Assembly: GCA_024762935.1 (NCBI GenBank)
Contig: JANTGK010000001.1
Span: 6,101-70,100 of the forward strand
DNA: 64,000 nt
DNA from: Candidatus Peregrinibacteria bacterium
Lineage (GTDB): Bacteria; Patescibacteriota; Gracilibacteria; CAIRYL01; GCA-016699755
Direction: 5' to 3'
Shown here: in pieces, positions 27,356 to 36,554 of the stretch
How the letters are laid out: the number at the start of each line of letters is the position of its first letter
Position numbering within the stretch: position 1 is the stretch's first letter
The notes under the pieces: generated by a model
The model's input: only the letters and a program-made list of their open reading frames with translations
What the model was told of the DNA's origin: nothing
Databases searched by the model: none
Program-made: the position numbers and the translations under genes

Positions 27356-29785
27356 ATGAAACATCTTCTCTTTCTTGATATTGAAACAACTGGCCTTAAT
27401 CCAGAGAAGGCAGAACTTATTGAGCTTTCTGCTATACGGGTTTCTGCTGATTTTACTGAAGAACTAGAAAAATTTGATGAACTTGTTCGACCAGAAGAAA
27501 AGATTCCTCCTTTTATTACTCGGTTAACTGGTATTTCAGATAATATGGTCGCACAGGCAAGAGACGTCTCTCAAATACGTGAGGAATTTAAAAAATTTCT
27601 TCGTCCTTCTGATATTATTTGTGGACACAACATTCAGTTTGATATTGGATTTTTGAGAGAGAAAGGATTTGATGTTCCAAATGAAGGGCTTGATACTTTC
27701 CCTCTGTCCAATGTTTTGCTTCCAGATGAGCCGAGTTATTCCCTAGAGGTTTTGGCAAAACGATTTCAGATAGAACATCGTGATGCTCATAGAGCACTTG
27801 CAGATGTACAGGCAAATATTGATCTTTTTTTAGAGCTAAAAAAAGTAGCTGAAAATCTTTCACAAGAGATGCAGGCGGACTATAGAGAAATTCTTTCAAA
27901 AAGCTCTTGGACTGGAAATATTCTCTTTGATCAGGTTTTTTCTGGAAAAGGTGTCACAAAAATCTCGGAAAAGAGCCTTCATCAGTTATCTATTTTTGAT
28001 GAAGAGGCAGAAACCTTTCCTAAAAAAATATTTTCTGATGAAGAGTCTCAGGCTGATTGTCCAACACTTTCGGAGCAAAAGGCTGGTAAAATAATTACAG
28101 AGCTTCTCAATAACAATGAATACTCAATACTTTCACTCCCAGCTGAGGTAGGGGAGCTTTCTGCAGCTGTTGTTGCAGCCGTTGGAAAAGTGGAGCCTCT
28201 TTTTATCGCTCTTCCTCAGTCATTTTCATGGAAAACACCCGAAGGTTTCTTTCGATATGCGGCACCAAACCGTGTTATTTGTAGTACTGCCTTTGAGAAG
28301 TGGAAGTCAAAAAAGAATTCCTTCACGGAAACTGAGGTTATTGCTGCATTAAAAATAATTCGAGAAATACACCGTGGATCTTCGCTCATATATTCTGATC
28401 TTCCGTTATTTCGGGAAGAATGGGAAATCGCAAAAAAATGGCTTTCCGATGATCATATTCGTTGTAGTAGCGATTGTCCTGCAAAAAAAATGAGCCTCTT
28501 GTCTAGAAAGCAAAAACGTTTCTTTTGTGATATCGCTGATGTTGCTCAGTGTCCTGCATCACACGGGATCATACTCCGAGCAAGTCAATTTTCAAAATCT
28601 TTAGATTCGCTCTCGAGAAAGTCATTTTCTTTGCAATCGGTGGAAAAATGGGTCCAAAGTATTCAAGACTCAGAAAAGGATTTTTCTGATGCTCTTCTTT
28701 TTGGTATTGGTCTCTTGAAAAGATACCTCCGCGAAAGAGTCGGAGAGAGTCCTTATCGGAAGTTTTTTGTGCTTCATCCTGAGTGCTTTCAGGATTCAGA
28801 GATTCAGAATTTGAAGGAGGGTTTTATAGAGGGGAGAAAGAGGGCACTCACTCTTTTTCCAGAGAATAGTGAGATACAAGAGCAATTATCTCAACTTATT
28901 TCTTTTTTTGAGGAGGAAATTCAGGAGAATGAATGTCGATATATTACTCTGTATGCCGATAATAATTTACTCTTCACTCGTTCAGCGATTTCATTAGACC
29001 CTCTTCTCTCTGAAATGTTAGAAAAAAAAGAATCAGTGGTCTTTACGGGAAAGGCAATACTTCGAAGAGCTGGAAAATATATTTTTGGGAATGGGCTTAA
29101 CACTCCTGACTCTCAGCAGAGCCTCCCTTCTCATTTTGATTATCAAAACAAATCACACGTGTGTATTCCTACATACGGAGGAAATACAAAAATGTCAGGA
29201 GTTGATCTGACCGTCTCTGTTACCAGGGACCTATTTCCACATTGTCATAAAAATATTCTTGTTCTTTTTCCGGGCACAGGGATTGCAGAGAAGTTCTGTA
29301 CTGAAATTACAGATTCTGCAGAGGAAAATGATTTTCAAGTGCTTACTCTTCATGGATCAAAGGGGAAGATTCGTGAACAAATGCGGGGAAAAAAAACAAT
29401 TCTCGTGGCGACACTCGGAAACTGGCAAAAAATTGATTTTAGATATGCTCAGTTTATTGGGTGTATTCAACATCGTCTTTTGTTTGATTCACCACCTGAC
29501 CCGGTGGAACAGCTTCGAAATGAAAATGTAACAGATGAATTTTTGGAGATTGCAATACCGAAAGTTATTCAGAAATTTCAATATTTACTTGGTGGATTAA
29601 CTGCTGGGAGTCACCCATTTTTCTGGGTAAATCTTGATGCTCATTTTCAAAAAAAAGGTGGATTTACAGAGAATATTCTTTCAGCACTCCCAGAACAACT
29701 CCCTATTCATAGGATGCCGGTATCAGAAATAAATGAATCTGTTACTCGTTTTTTACATACTCTTTCTGATGATAATTTTTCTTAG
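27356..29785 (+). CDS. dinG: DnaQ-like 3'-5' exonuclease fused to a DinG-like helicase body with degenerate ATPase motifs
   Basis: 809 aa. Exo motifs FLDIETTGL, GHNIQFDIGFL and HRALADV. The C-terminal region resembles DinG (ILVATLGNWQKIDF, RLLFDSPPDP), but I find no GxGK[ST] anywhere. Confidence 0.75.
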   Translation: MKHLLFLDIETTGLNPEKAELIELSAIRVSADFTEELEKFDELVRPEEKIPPFITRLTGISDNMVAQARDVSQIREEFKKFLRPSDIICGHNIQFDIGFLREKGFDVPNEGLDTFPLSNVLLPDEPSYSLEVLAKRFQIEHRDAHRALADVQANIDLFLELKKVAENLSQEMQADYREILSKSSWTGNILFDQVFSGKGVTKISEKSLHQLSIFDEEAETFPKKIFSDEESQADCPTLSEQKAGKIITELLNNNEYSILSLPAEVGELSAAVVAAVGKVEPLFIALPQSFSWKTPEGFFRYAAPNRVICSTAFEKWKSKKNSFTETEVIAALKIIREIHRGSSLIYSDLPLFREEWEIAKKWLSDDHIRCSSDCPAKKMSLLSRKQKRFFCDIADVAQCPASHGIILRASQFSKSLDSLSRKSFSLQSVEKWVQSIQDSEKDFSDALLFGIGLLKRYLRERVGESPYRKFFVLHPECFQDSEIQNLKEGFIEGRKRALTLFPENSEIQEQLSQLISFFEEEIQENECRYITLYADNNLLFTRSAISLDPLLSEMLEKKESVVFTGKAILRRAGKYIFGNGLNTPDSQQSLPSHFDYQNKSHVCIPTYGGNTKMSGVDLTVSVTRDLFPHCHKNILVLFPGTGIAEKFCTEITDSAEENDFQVLTLHGSKGKIREQMRGKKTILVATLGNWQKIDFRYAQFIGCIQHRLLFDSPPDPVEQLRNENVTDEFLEIAIPKVIQKFQYLLGGLTAGSHPFFWVNLDAHFQKKGGFTENILSALPEQLPIHRMPVSEINESVTRFLHTLSDDNFS

Positions 29786-29850
29786 GAAAGAGATTCGTCT
29801 TCTGAGAAAACTCTTCTATGAACTGATATACCTTTCCCCTTTTCCCTTCT

Positions 29851-30462
29851 ATGTCAGATTTACTTCGTGTCGGCATTCTCGCCAGTACCAATGGGAGTAT
29901 ACTCCCTTCCATATTTTCGGCAGCACTTCCGGGTGTAGAGTACTGTGTTTTTGTTACCAACAAGAAAGCTTGTGGGGCAAGAGAGAAAGCAAAACGTTTT
30001 GGTGTTCCCGATTATTATATTAATCCCGAAGGCATGTCTCGGGAAGAGTGGGATGCAGAAGTTGTGAAAATTTTACAGGAATATAATGTTGATCTTGTTC
30101 TTCTTGTTGGTTTTATGCGTATATTGTCTCCAGTTTTTATTCAATCATTTTCAGGAAGAATCTTGAATGTTCATCCTTCTCTCTTACCAAAATTTGCGGG
30201 GGGAATGAATGCTGATGTACATAGGGCTGTTCTTGAAGCTGGGGAAACGGAGACAGGATCTACTATTCACTTTGTGACTGAGGAGGTTGATGGGGGGCCT
30301 ATATTTTTACAGGAAAAAGTTGATATTGTACCTGATGAAACAGTGTCTTCGCTGAAAGAAAAGGTGCAAGATGTCGAGAGAGTACTTTTTCCTGAAGCAA
30401 TACAAAAATTTCAGCAGGAGAGGTCTCATACTGAAAATGATGAGATGGTTAATAGAGATTGA
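29851..30462 (+). CDS. purN: phosphoribosylglycinamide formyltransferase
   Basis: 203 aa. NVHPSLLPKFAG and the TGSTIHFVTEEVDGGPI motif. Confidence 0.9.
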   Translation: MSDLLRVGILASTNGSILPSIFSAALPGVEYCVFVTNKKACGAREKAKRFGVPDYYINPEGMSREEWDAEVVKILQEYNVDLVLLVGFMRILSPVFIQSFSGRILNVHPSLLPKFAGGMNADVHRAVLEAGETETGSTIHFVTEEVDGGPIFLQEKVDIVPDETVSSLKEKVQDVERVLFPEAIQKFQQERSHTENDEMVNRD

Positions 30463-30523
30463 TTTTTATTGGGAGTACTCAGTACAAAGAGGAATAGAGA
30501 AAGTGCGTGCTTTCTTGTATATA

Positions 30524-31342
30524 CTATTGGTATATTTTTCTGAAATCTATTTCGCATTTTTCAAAGAGTTTTCCTGGACACTGTTTTATATTTTTATCAC
30601 AAATAGTTTTTACCGGAAGTGTACCAAAAAGAGAATTTGTTATTATCACTTCTTCAGCATTTTGTATATCTCTCAGGGACGAATACTTTTCCTCAACGCA
30701 AAATCCATAGTGTATTGCTTTTTTCAAAAAAATCCGTTGCATTGTCCCGGGAAGCGCCTCTTTTTTTGGTGTGATAAAAATTGTCTTTTCTATTCTATAG
30801 ACAATATTGCAAACAGAGCATTCTGTAATATATCCGTTTTCATTTAAAAAAATACAATCAAAGGTATTTGCTTTCTGAGATGCTTGTTTTCCAAGAATAA
30901 GAGGGAGAAGCGACATAGTTTTTGCTTCTGGTAGTAATCGTGAAAGATGAACTGCCGTAAGAGATACTCCCTTTTTAAATTTTTGATACTGTACTAAGGG
31001 GGAGGTAGTAATCAGAAGGGTGGGGGATAGGGCACCAGAAAAATTATAACCATTTTCTCCTCTAGAAATAGATATTCTCACTCGTGATTCTTCCTGTTTA
31101 TTCATGCGGTAGGTGTCTTCTGACCATTTTTGTAATTGTTTTGCACTCCACGAAAAAGGGATATCTAGTTGCTCTGCAGAGTGTCTTAGTCTTTGAAAAT
31201 GAGATAGGAAATCAAAAATTTTTTCATGATGTGTTCGAAAGCTTTCATAAACCCCATCTCCATAGAGAAATCCATGGTCAAATGGAGATATACGCGCCTG
31301 CTGAGCATCTATAAGTTTTCCGTTAAGGTGAACATAGACCAT
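30524..31342 (-). CDS. class IV aminotransferase (IlvE/PabC/Dat family)
   Basis: 272 aa. FDHGFLYGDGVYESFR N-terminal motif. The subfamily is not resolvable by eye. Confidence 0.8.
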   Translation of the reverse strand: MVYVHLNGKLIDAQQARISPFDHGFLYGDGVYESFRTHHEKIFDFLSHFQRLRHSAEQLDIPFSWSAKQLQKWSEDTYRMNKQEESRVRISISRGENGYNFSGALSPTLLITTSPLVQYQKFKKGVSLTAVHLSRLLPEAKTMSLLPLILGKQASQKANTFDCIFLNENGYITECSVCNIVYRIEKTIFITPKKEALPGTMQRIFLKKAIHYGFCVEEKYSSLRDIQNAEEVIITNSLFGTLPVKTICDKNIKQCPGKLFEKCEIDFRKIYQ

Positions 31343-31368
31343 ATTTGGATGAAAGAATGCGAATAGGT

Positions 31369-32034
31369 CTACTTATCGTAATAACTCGAATGAGGAAGGG
31401 CGTCTTTTAGAAAACTCCAGAATCGCTCTGGAGAAATACTGTCATCTCGTGCCATCTCTCCGGAAATACTAATGTCTGCGAGTTCATGATATCTCCTTGT
31501 ACGATCTTCTAAAAGATCTGGATAACATCTCCTGAGGGCTTCTTTTTCATCTTCTCCGTCCTTTTTCTGGTACATATCATTCCAGATAACGGGTTTTAAT
31601 TGCTTAAAAAAGGAGGTGATCATCTCATTGATTAAAAAATCTGGACATGTAAACCCTACAATAAGATATGTTTCTTTTAATTTTTTTAATGAATCGGGTT
31701 CGATATATATGATACTTCCAGTGGTATCGAGGATAAAATTTTTCCCTTCTGGAGGGGGAATGAGGCTGATTCGATTTTCCATTTCTTTATATTCTTTTTC
31801 AGCTTTTTGATATCGATCACGAAATGGGTATCCCATCCATATACTCATTTCGTCCATTTCTGTAAAACCAAGTTCTTCTTGGATGATATCATCTACTGAT
31901 ACTGTCTCAAACGGTTTTAGTTTACTGAGTTGTTTGCTTCGAAACGTCTTACCAATATTTGACATGCCGATAAAGGCAATTTTTAGTGAGTTATTTCTAT
32001 ACTTTTCCTCAAACTCTTCTCGTGTTAGTTGCAT
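31369..32034 (-). CDS. P-loop kinase-like protein (shikimate-kinase-like superfamily, function uncertain)
   Basis: 221 aa. Walker A IAFIGMSNIGKTF near the N-terminus. No further diagnostic motif was recognised. Confidence 0.45.
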   Translation of the reverse strand: MQLTREEFEEKYRNNSLKIAFIGMSNIGKTFRSKQLSKLKPFETVSVDDIIQEELGFTEMDEMSIWMGYPFRDRYQKAEKEYKEMENRISLIPPPEGKNFILDTTGSIIYIEPDSLKKLKETYLIVGFTCPDFLINEMITSFFKQLKPVIWNDMYQKKDGEDEKEALRRCYPDLLEDRTRRYHELADISISGEMARDDSISPERFWSFLKDALPHSSYYDK

Positions 32035-32092
32035 AATTCATACGATACATCACTTGTACTCTACTCGGTTTTTTCTCAAAAAAAAAGTATTG

Positions 32093-32126
32093 TTGACAAC
32101 CCTATAGGGGGTATAGGTAGTATAAA
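32093..32126 (+). promoter_or_regulatory. putative promoter with CsoR-family-type palindromic operator
   Basis: TTGACA at 32093-32098 is immediately followed by the perfect 10-bp palindrome CCCTATAGGG (32100-32109) within ACCCTATAGGGGGTATAGGTAG. -10 candidates are TAGTAT and TATAAA. It lies 18-50 nt upstream of the repressor ATG. Confidence 0.5.
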
Positions 32127-32143
32127 TAGGATTTTTTAAGCAT

Positions 32144-32374
32144 ATGGATAAAGTTATCATACGTCTCAAAAAGGTTACAGGACAGGTCAATGGAATAATA
32201 AAAATGATTGAGCAAAAAGAAGATTGTGAAAAGATTATTATTCAGTTTCAGGCTGTACAAGCTGCTCTTGGAGGTGCTTTTTCAGAAGTGCTCGAGAATA
32301 CTCTTCAGGCCTGTTTAAAAGGAAAAAATCAGGTGCAAATGAAAAAAATCCTACAACTTCTTTCAAAAAAATAA
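32144..32374 (+). CDS. CsoR/RcnR/FrmR-family metal or thiol-sensing repressor (DUF156)
   Basis: 76 aa. LKKVTGQVNGIIKMIEQKEDCEKIIIQFQAVQAAL...LQAC follows the family pattern. Two Cys are conserved, and the residue at C-4 is Thr rather than His. Confidence 0.85.
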   Translation: MDKVIIRLKKVTGQVNGIIKMIEQKEDCEKIIIQFQAVQAALGGAFSEVLENTLQACLKGKNQVQMKKILQLLSKK

Positions 32375-32491
32375 TCTTTTTTCATTTTTTTGACTTTTTG
32401 AGTAGGTACATCAATATGAGTGATAAAAAACAAAAAGAATCCTTTTTTTCCCTTTTATGATTTTGATAGAGTATATTTGATTTTTATTCCA

Positions 32492-34000
32492 ATGCAATTT
32501 TGTTCCACAAGAAATACAAAAATATCCAGCAGCCTTTCAGATGCAGTACTGACTGGTCTTGTTCCTGATGGAGGGTTATTTTTTCCTTCTGAAATTCCAA
32601 TTATTTCTTCACGTGAGCGAGAAGCATTTTCTCGGAGTAGTTTTGTTGAAGTTGCTCAAGAGATTTTTAGAAAATTTTCTGCTGATGAATTTTCTCAATC
32701 TGAAATACAAGAAATAATGAAATCTGCTTATTCGCAGGTATCATTTTCAAATTCCAATGTTGCACCAGTTCGAAAACTCAGTGATGATACTTTTCTTCTA
32801 GAGCTCTTTCACGGGCCAACAGGTGCATTTAAAGATTTTGCTCTTCAGTTTCTGCCGAGGGTGATGCAATTGTCACTTTTGCAAAAATCACTCCCTGAGT
32901 GTTGTATTCTTGTGGCGACTTCTGGTGATACTGGTGGAGCTGCTCTTGCTGGCTATGCTGATGTGCCGGGAACACGGTGTATTGTCTTTTTCCCAAAAGG
33001 AGGTGTGTCTCCATTACAGCAGGCACAAATGCAATGTGCACAGGGAAAGAATATTCTTACATTGGAGGTTTCTGGAGATTTTGACAATGCACAAGCTATT
33101 GTTAAAGAGATTTTTACAGACGAAGAGTATGCTCAGGAGCTTTCAGAAAAGTATAACATCTCACTTTCTTCTGCAAACTCAATAAATATTGGACGCTTGA
33201 TACCTCAGACATTCTATACGTTTTATGCACATGCTCAGATGGTTCGTTCCGGTGAAATTTCCGGAGATGAAGAAGTTGATATCTGTGTGCCAACAGGAAA
33301 TTTTGGGGACCTTTTTGCTGCATTTTTGGCAAAACAAATGGGTCTTCCTCTTGGACACCTAATCTGTGCCAGCAATCAGAATAATACTTCTGCTGAATTT
33401 ATAGAAACAGGAATATTTGATATCCGAAATCGCTCTACTGAAAAAACAATTTCCCCAGCAATGGATATTCTCAAGGCGAGTAATTTAGAACGACTGCTCT
33501 TCTTCTCTTCTCATCAAGATAGCCAAAAAGTTTCTGCCTGGATGAAGCAGCTTCAAGACGAGGGGTATTTTCAGGTTGATTCTCATGTGTTACAAAAAAT
33601 TCAAAAGGATTTTTCAGGGGAGTTTATTTCTGATGCCGAAACGGCAGAAGAAATAAGAAATACATTTTCACAGTACCAATATCTTCCTGATCCTCATACT
33701 GCTGTTGCTCTTTCAGCTTTAAGGAAACATCGACACCGAACGGGCTCTCAGAATAAGACTCTTGTTTATTCTACTGCACACTTTGGAAAGTTTGGAGAAG
33801 CAGTGTTTTCAGCACTTCATCCGAATAATCCTCTTCCCAAAACTGAAAAAGAGATCCTTCATTTCTTAGGAAAAGAAGCTCCTACCCCTTCGGTTCCAGA
33901 TTATTTTTATGATATTTTCAATAAAGAGGTATGCCACCAGAAATATGTTCATGGTGACCTCGTGAATATGAAAAAAGCTATTATAGATTTTCTTCTCTAG
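32492..34000 (+). CDS. thrC: threonine synthase
   Basis: The start is trimmed to MQFCSTRN at 32492. FHGPTGAFKDFALQ is the PLP-lysine motif. Confidence 0.9.
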   Translation: MQFCSTRNTKISSSLSDAVLTGLVPDGGLFFPSEIPIISSREREAFSRSSFVEVAQEIFRKFSADEFSQSEIQEIMKSAYSQVSFSNSNVAPVRKLSDDTFLLELFHGPTGAFKDFALQFLPRVMQLSLLQKSLPECCILVATSGDTGGAALAGYADVPGTRCIVFFPKGGVSPLQQAQMQCAQGKNILTLEVSGDFDNAQAIVKEIFTDEEYAQELSEKYNISLSSANSINIGRLIPQTFYTFYAHAQMVRSGEISGDEEVDICVPTGNFGDLFAAFLAKQMGLPLGHLICASNQNNTSAEFIETGIFDIRNRSTEKTISPAMDILKASNLERLLFFSSHQDSQKVSAWMKQLQDEGYFQVDSHVLQKIQKDFSGEFISDAETAEEIRNTFSQYQYLPDPHTAVALSALRKHRHRTGSQNKTLVYSTAHFGKFGEAVFSALHPNNPLPKTEKEILHFLGKEAPTPSVPDYFYDIFNKEVCHQKYVHGDLVNMKKAIIDFLL

Positions 34001-34082
34001 TCTTTATTGCCAAGTGAAGGCTTTTTATGAGATACTAATGTGCAAGAGAGATACTCTGTAAAACTTATTACATAATGATCGA

Positions 34083-35402
34083 ATGAGAAAGATTCTTTTA
34101 TCGGCAATTATTTTTTTTACAATATCTTTCCCTGTTTATCATGCAGAAGCAGCAAATCTTATTGATTTTTCTTCGACCCCGACAATAGAGGATCAGAATT
34201 TATTTAAAACGATTACGGATTGGCGTAACCAAAAGAGCTATTTATTGGGGCTTACGATTGAATTGGAGCAGGCAGAAGAACGAGTTTTTCCAGAGGCGGA
34301 GGAGGTCAATCGATTAGGAGAAAAATTAAAGAATTTAAATAGTGAGCTGGCACAACTGGAGGCTGAAAAGGCTGATGCAGTAGTTATTGAGAAGAAGAAA
34401 AAGGAGATTGAAGATACTCGTTTTAAATTTGAAGAGCAGACACGTCTGTTTCATGATACTCTTGATCTTCATGAAAAACATAAACAGAAGATACAGGCTG
34501 AAATTGATTCGAGAACTATAGACATAGAAAAATTAGAGGCCCTTGCTAAAGAACAGGCTATAAATTTGGCTATTCGAATCGGACTCTTTTTTGGATTCCT
34601 TCTCTTAATTCTCTTTCTTCGATTCTTTACCGAGAAGATGATTCATCGGCTTTCTGGGCATATTCCTATTCCCCGAGAACGAGCATTGGTAAGAATCAAT
34701 AAGGTTGTTTTTAATGCTATTATTGCCATTTCTTTAGTGGTGGCAATATTTTCACAATTTGTAAGTCTTATTCCATTGTTGGCGGTACTTGGAACAGCGA
34801 TTGCTTTTGCTCTTCGCGATATTCTTGCTTCATTTATTGCTTGGTTCGTTATTGGAACAGAACAGGGGTATAAAATAGGAGACCTTATTGAGGTGACTGA
34901 TACAGTAAATGATAAAATTCGTGGACGGGTTGTAGAAGTACACCCATTTTTAACGATTTTAAGACAGACTGGTCTTAGAGGTGATACTGGACAAGTCATT
35001 AGTTTTCCAAATAAGCTTATTTTTGATCATCATATTCGAAATTTTTCGAAGATGTATCGATTTACCTATATTATGATTGAATTTCTCTTGGAGAGAAATT
35101 CTGATGTCGAGATAGCACGAGAAGCCCTTTCAATTGCTATTCAAGAGGAAAATTCAAAAGATATTGAGGAAGCAAAGAAAAATCTTCCGAATCTTCAGAC
35201 GAGATTCGGAATTACGGAGGAACAAATTGATCCACAGATTTTTATTGAACCTGACCCAAAAGGAATTATGCTTCGAGGAAAATATTTTTGTCGTCTTGAG
35301 AGTCGTCATATGAGTCGAACAAATATTACTACTAATTTTCTCAAGCGTATTCGAGAACATCCAAATGACATTAAGCTTCGGTTTGTTCAATGGGGAGAGT
35401 GA
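34083..35402 (+). CDS. MscS-family mechanosensitive channel with N-terminal coiled-coil domain
   Basis: 439 aa. Signal/TM, a coiled-coil segment, three TM spans, and an MscS beta-domain motif (IGDLIEV...GRVVEV...ISFPNKLIF). Confidence 0.85.
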   Translation: MRKILLSAIIFFTISFPVYHAEAANLIDFSSTPTIEDQNLFKTITDWRNQKSYLLGLTIELEQAEERVFPEAEEVNRLGEKLKNLNSELAQLEAEKADAVVIEKKKKEIEDTRFKFEEQTRLFHDTLDLHEKHKQKIQAEIDSRTIDIEKLEALAKEQAINLAIRIGLFFGFLLLILFLRFFTEKMIHRLSGHIPIPRERALVRINKVVFNAIIAISLVVAIFSQFVSLIPLLAVLGTAIAFALRDILASFIAWFVIGTEQGYKIGDLIEVTDTVNDKIRGRVVEVHPFLTILRQTGLRGDTGQVISFPNKLIFDHHIRNFSKMYRFTYIMIEFLLERNSDVEIAREALSIAIQEENSKDIEEAKKNLPNLQTRFGITEEQIDPQIFIEPDPKGIMLRGKYFCRLESRHMSRTNITTNFLKRIREHPNDIKLRFVQWGE

Positions 35403-35464
35403 TAATGTGTAAATATTTGATTTTTCCTCATTCATCGGTACTATCTATTCATATTTTTTAAGAA

Positions 35465-36517
35465 GTGGATTTTTCTGATTCTCTATTGGACCAAGAAGCA
35501 CAACGGTTATTTATTCATCTAAAAAAATTCGAATATACTCTTGAAGATTGTAAGAAAATGGCAATGACAACTCTTGAGATACAATATCTCAAGAAAAAGA
35601 AAAACGTACTTATTCTCGCTCATTCTTATCAGACACCAGATATTTCTTTTGGAGTTGCCGATGAGCTTGGGGACTCATATGGACTTTCAATAGCTGCAAA
35701 GAATACAAATGCTGATATTATTCTCTTTTCATCGGTACTGTTTATGGGGGAAACGGCCAAAATTATTAATCCAAATAAAACAGTTCTCGTTCCTTCTCAA
35801 GCGGGGTGTAGTTTGGCTGACTCTATTACAGCAGAGGATGTACGAGCTCTTCGGAAAAAATACCCTAATGCCGGTGTTGTGGCTTATGTCAATACAACAG
35901 CTCAGGTGAAAGCAGAAGTGGATGCCTGTTGTACATCTTCAAATGCTCATAAAGTGGTAGAGGCAATGGAACAAGAACAAGTTATATTTTTGCCAGATCG
36001 ACTGATGGGGGAGAACCTAAAAAAACATACCACAAAAGAAATTATTCTTTGGGATGGTGTTTGTATTGTACACGAAGAATTTTCAACGGCGGATGTCACT
36101 GCTGTGCGAAAAGAATTTCCGAAAGCGGAGATTCTGGCTCATCCAGAGTGTGATCCATCGGTTTTACAAAAATCGGATTTTGTCGGGAGCACGGAACAAA
36201 TGTTACATCATCTTGATGAATCTGATTCTCAAGAATTTATGATGATTACTGAGTGTGGACTTACTGATCGTGCCCGTCAGGAACACCCAGAGAAGCAAAT
36301 CGTTGGGACCTGCTTTTTGTGTCCATACATGAAGGAACTGACGCTCAAGAATATTCTCAAGGCTCTGAAAAATCCTTCCCCAAATCAGATAGTTAAAATC
36401 CCAGAAAATATTCGTGTGCGAGCAGAAAGAAGTCTTCATGAGATGTTTGCTCTCGAAAAAAAATATGAGAAGAAGTTTGGCAGTACAAATAATAAATGGA
36501 AAGAGAACTTCAGTTGA
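35465..36517 (+). CDS. nadA: quinolinate synthase
   Basis: 350 aa with a GTG start. ILAHSYQTPDI and the conserved Cys ligands fit NadA. The start codon choice is uncertain. Confidence 0.9.
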   Translation: MDFSDSLLDQEAQRLFIHLKKFEYTLEDCKKMAMTTLEIQYLKKKKNVLILAHSYQTPDISFGVADELGDSYGLSIAAKNTNADIILFSSVLFMGETAKIINPNKTVLVPSQAGCSLADSITAEDVRALRKKYPNAGVVAYVNTTAQVKAEVDACCTSSNAHKVVEAMEQEQVIFLPDRLMGENLKKHTTKEIILWDGVCIVHEEFSTADVTAVRKEFPKAEILAHPECDPSVLQKSDFVGSTEQMLHHLDESDSQEFMMITECGLTDRARQEHPEKQIVGTCFLCPYMKELTLKNILKALKNPSPNQIVKIPENIRVRAERSLHEMFALEKKYEKKFGSTNNKWKENFS

Positions 36518-36554
36518 AGTTCTCTTTCTATATTCTTTCTTTAGTATTGATACT

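Noticed and set aside
30371-30847. 158-aa plus-strand ORF overlapping the purN end and the class IV aminotransferase
   Set aside because: It overlaps two well-supported genes and its Phe/Tyr/Ile-rich translation is typical of an off-frame AT-rich sequence.
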